Shown piece after piece: positions 56,904 to 58,647 of a stretch of 58,647 nucleotides of DNA. Location: positions 1-58,647 of the IMG/VR virus record IMGVR_UViG_3300046170_000213. One strand, 5' to 3'. The notes under the pieces are model-generated. The model worked only from the letters and a program-made list of their open reading frames with translations. It had not been told where the DNA came from and made no database searches. The position numbers and the translations under genes are program-made. The first letter of the stretch is position 1. Every line of letters starts with the position of its first letter. Source of the stretch: a virus (lineage: Duplodnaviria; Caudoviricetes).

Positions 56904-58532
56904 AGTATGTCCGTCTTATGTTTTGTTTTAGTGTGATGTATAGGTACTTCCTCAAAAGTTTTTATATTAATCTGTATTATATTTTTTGTTGATGAGTTGT
57001 ACTCACCCGTTTTCTTTGATGGATATCTTTTCTGTTCTAAAAATTCTATCTCACAATCCTGGTATGTAATCTGCATCATACGTCCTGTTTTATCTTCACT
57101 GTACTTCCAGTTCTTTGCTTTTAGTTTGTCATAAAATTTTTCAAACTTGAAGTATGCATAGTCACCTTCAATTAATACTGATCCAGTTTTAAATGCAGCA
57201 TCACTGGTAGCCTTGGGTCCATTTATTTTTGCATGTATAACATCGTGTAGTTTTTCTTTTGGTGATGTACCTACCGGTGGTAGTACAACTTTCTGTGTTG
57301 TGTATAGTGCATCCATAACAACTTGTTCTTCTTCACCTTTAATTAATGGTGGAAAGAATCCTGCAGCTTTTGATATTGCATTTCTTCTTTTACGTTGATC
57401 GTTTAAATGTTCTACAGTTCTACAGTGTACGGTAGCTGTGCTGATACCATCTGGTTTTGTTACATCAAATTCGTATTCTGGTTCTGGATCTAAATCTATC
57501 TTCTTAAGATTAGTTAATACAGGATAAGAACCTTTTGCTCCACGCAAGACTCCAAACTTTTTCTTAACACAAATACCTTTTTTACAATGCTCACTTAGTG
57601 GACTTTCAGTACAGGTATAACCTTTGCTACTTCTGTTCCATGATTTTACTTTCTGTCCTAAAAACTTTTTATCCCATGCATTAGCATGTACACCTGAGAA
57701 ATATTTTACCGGTGCGTTCATAACTTTCTGTTCCCAACTGTCAGGATATTTCATCTTAACCATGACGTGATAGTTATACATAAACCTATCTTTACCATCA
57801 AACTTATCTTGATTTGCTATCTTAGATATTGCTGCTAGACATGGTGGACCTTCTATAAATTCTTCGTCGACACCTTCCATACTTTTGTTTTCTATTCCTT
57901 CGGTAATTTCTTTCAGTCTTTCTTTGGTAACCAGGTTTGCACTGATTCACTTCTATGAATTGGTCCAAAGTAAATTTTGTACCATCAACGTTTAAAGCCT
58001 TACGCTCCTCGCCGAAGTAAGGTAGATTTATAAATTGTCCTGGTCTTAACTGACCGGTCTCACTATCTTTTGTCAACTGTGTTTGCTTTGGAAATATTTC
58101 TGTATCTTGTTTAAGTCCAAACAAAGATAATAAGTTTGTTAGAAATGATTTGATCAGTGATGCATCTGTAAATTTATTCATAAATAAAAATAAATGCAGA
58201 CCACCACTTTTAGATTCAACTGGTAGTAAAGGTAGATCGTATTGTTGTATTATATCTATGTAATCTTTTTTATTAAAACTAGAGTAGTCTTTTGGATCTA
58301 TATCTATAACACCAAATTTTACTTCTGAGTCTTCTGTACAGGGTTGTATACCAATAGATAGTTCACCTTTGATATGCTGCTGATAAATATCGTTAGTAAG
58401 TTCCTCAAAGTTCCATCTGTATACAGGTTTCTTTTTACCTGTTTCAGAATCTACTTTGGAATCTTGGTGATTGAAGTCAGCTACACCATAAGCATTCCTG
58501 TATCCGTTAAAATATTCTATGTATCTTTCCAT
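56900..58532 (-). CDS. AEP-family primase/primpol (frameshift ~57945)
   Basis: FGVIDID, SKSGGLH, INLPY AEP motifs followed by a GPPCL..C..C..C domain. Confidence 0.85.
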
Positions 58533-58544
58533 AATAACTGTTTC

Positions 58545-58576
58545 TGTGGGCCCTCCACTCTCGCTTTAGGCCCACA
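58545..58576 (-). terminator. Hairpin between the SSB-like and primase genes
   Basis: TGTGGGCC...GGCCCACA inverted repeat. Confidence 0.45.
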
Positions 58577-58599
58577 CTGTGCACATATTCCAAAAGGAA

Positions 58600-58647
58600 T
58601 TATATAATGCTAGCTTGGTCCTTAGGTTTATCTTCACCATGTTTAGC
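58600..58647 (-). CDS. C-terminal end of the gene at 1..705
   Basis: AKHGEDKPKDQASII* plausibly continues ..DSISKG from position 1. Confidence 0.6.
   Translation of the reverse strand, partial: AKHGEDKPKDQASII

Larger units (their letters stand above)
1..58647. mobile_element. Near-complete lytic podovirus-type phage genome (HTVC023P-like pelagiphage, inferred)
   Basis: TerL, portal, major capsid, tail, endolysin, PolA, primase and helicases present; no host housekeeping genes; window ends join within one gene. Confidence 0.9.

Noticed and set aside
382-57960. About 20 frameshifts as programmed frameshifting or pseudogenes
   Set aside because: They hit essential genes (portal, primase, helicases, nozzle), often near short homopolymers; typical long-read indel errors

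Overview
The window is an essentially complete, circularly permuted genome of an AT-rich, lytic, podovirus-type tailed dsDNA phage: the ssDNA-binding-protein gene cut at position 1 resumes at the 3' end of the window. It encodes an AEP primase, an SF1 helicase, a family A DNA polymerase (Leu762 type), an SNF2 helicase, GroES, a P22-like portal/head-tail module, Gly-rich fibres and 2OG-Fe(II) oxygenases. I found no RNA polymerase, integrase or tRNA. This content resembles HTVC023P-type marine phages of SAR11/Pelagibacter, an inference from recalled gene content rather than a search. Almost all genes lie on the - strand. Many essential genes are split by single-base indels, best explained as long-read errors. 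The most interesting unexplained structures are: (1) an early region built from promoter-gene-terminator cassettes, each junction marked by the 14-bp pseudo-palindrome GGGTGGGCCCNCCC plus strand-biased CAAGC repeats; (2) a short [FYMK]-x-x-G-G peptide motif shared by 8 otherwise dissimilar head/cargo-module proteins; (3) three tandem Gly-rich fibre paralogs followed by four 2OG-Fe(II) oxygenase-fold genes; (4) two GC-rich structured ncRNA candidates and several hairpins whose loops are complementary to ribosome-binding sites; (5) an iteron-like TTGTACC cluster. Functional calls come from motif recognition by eye.
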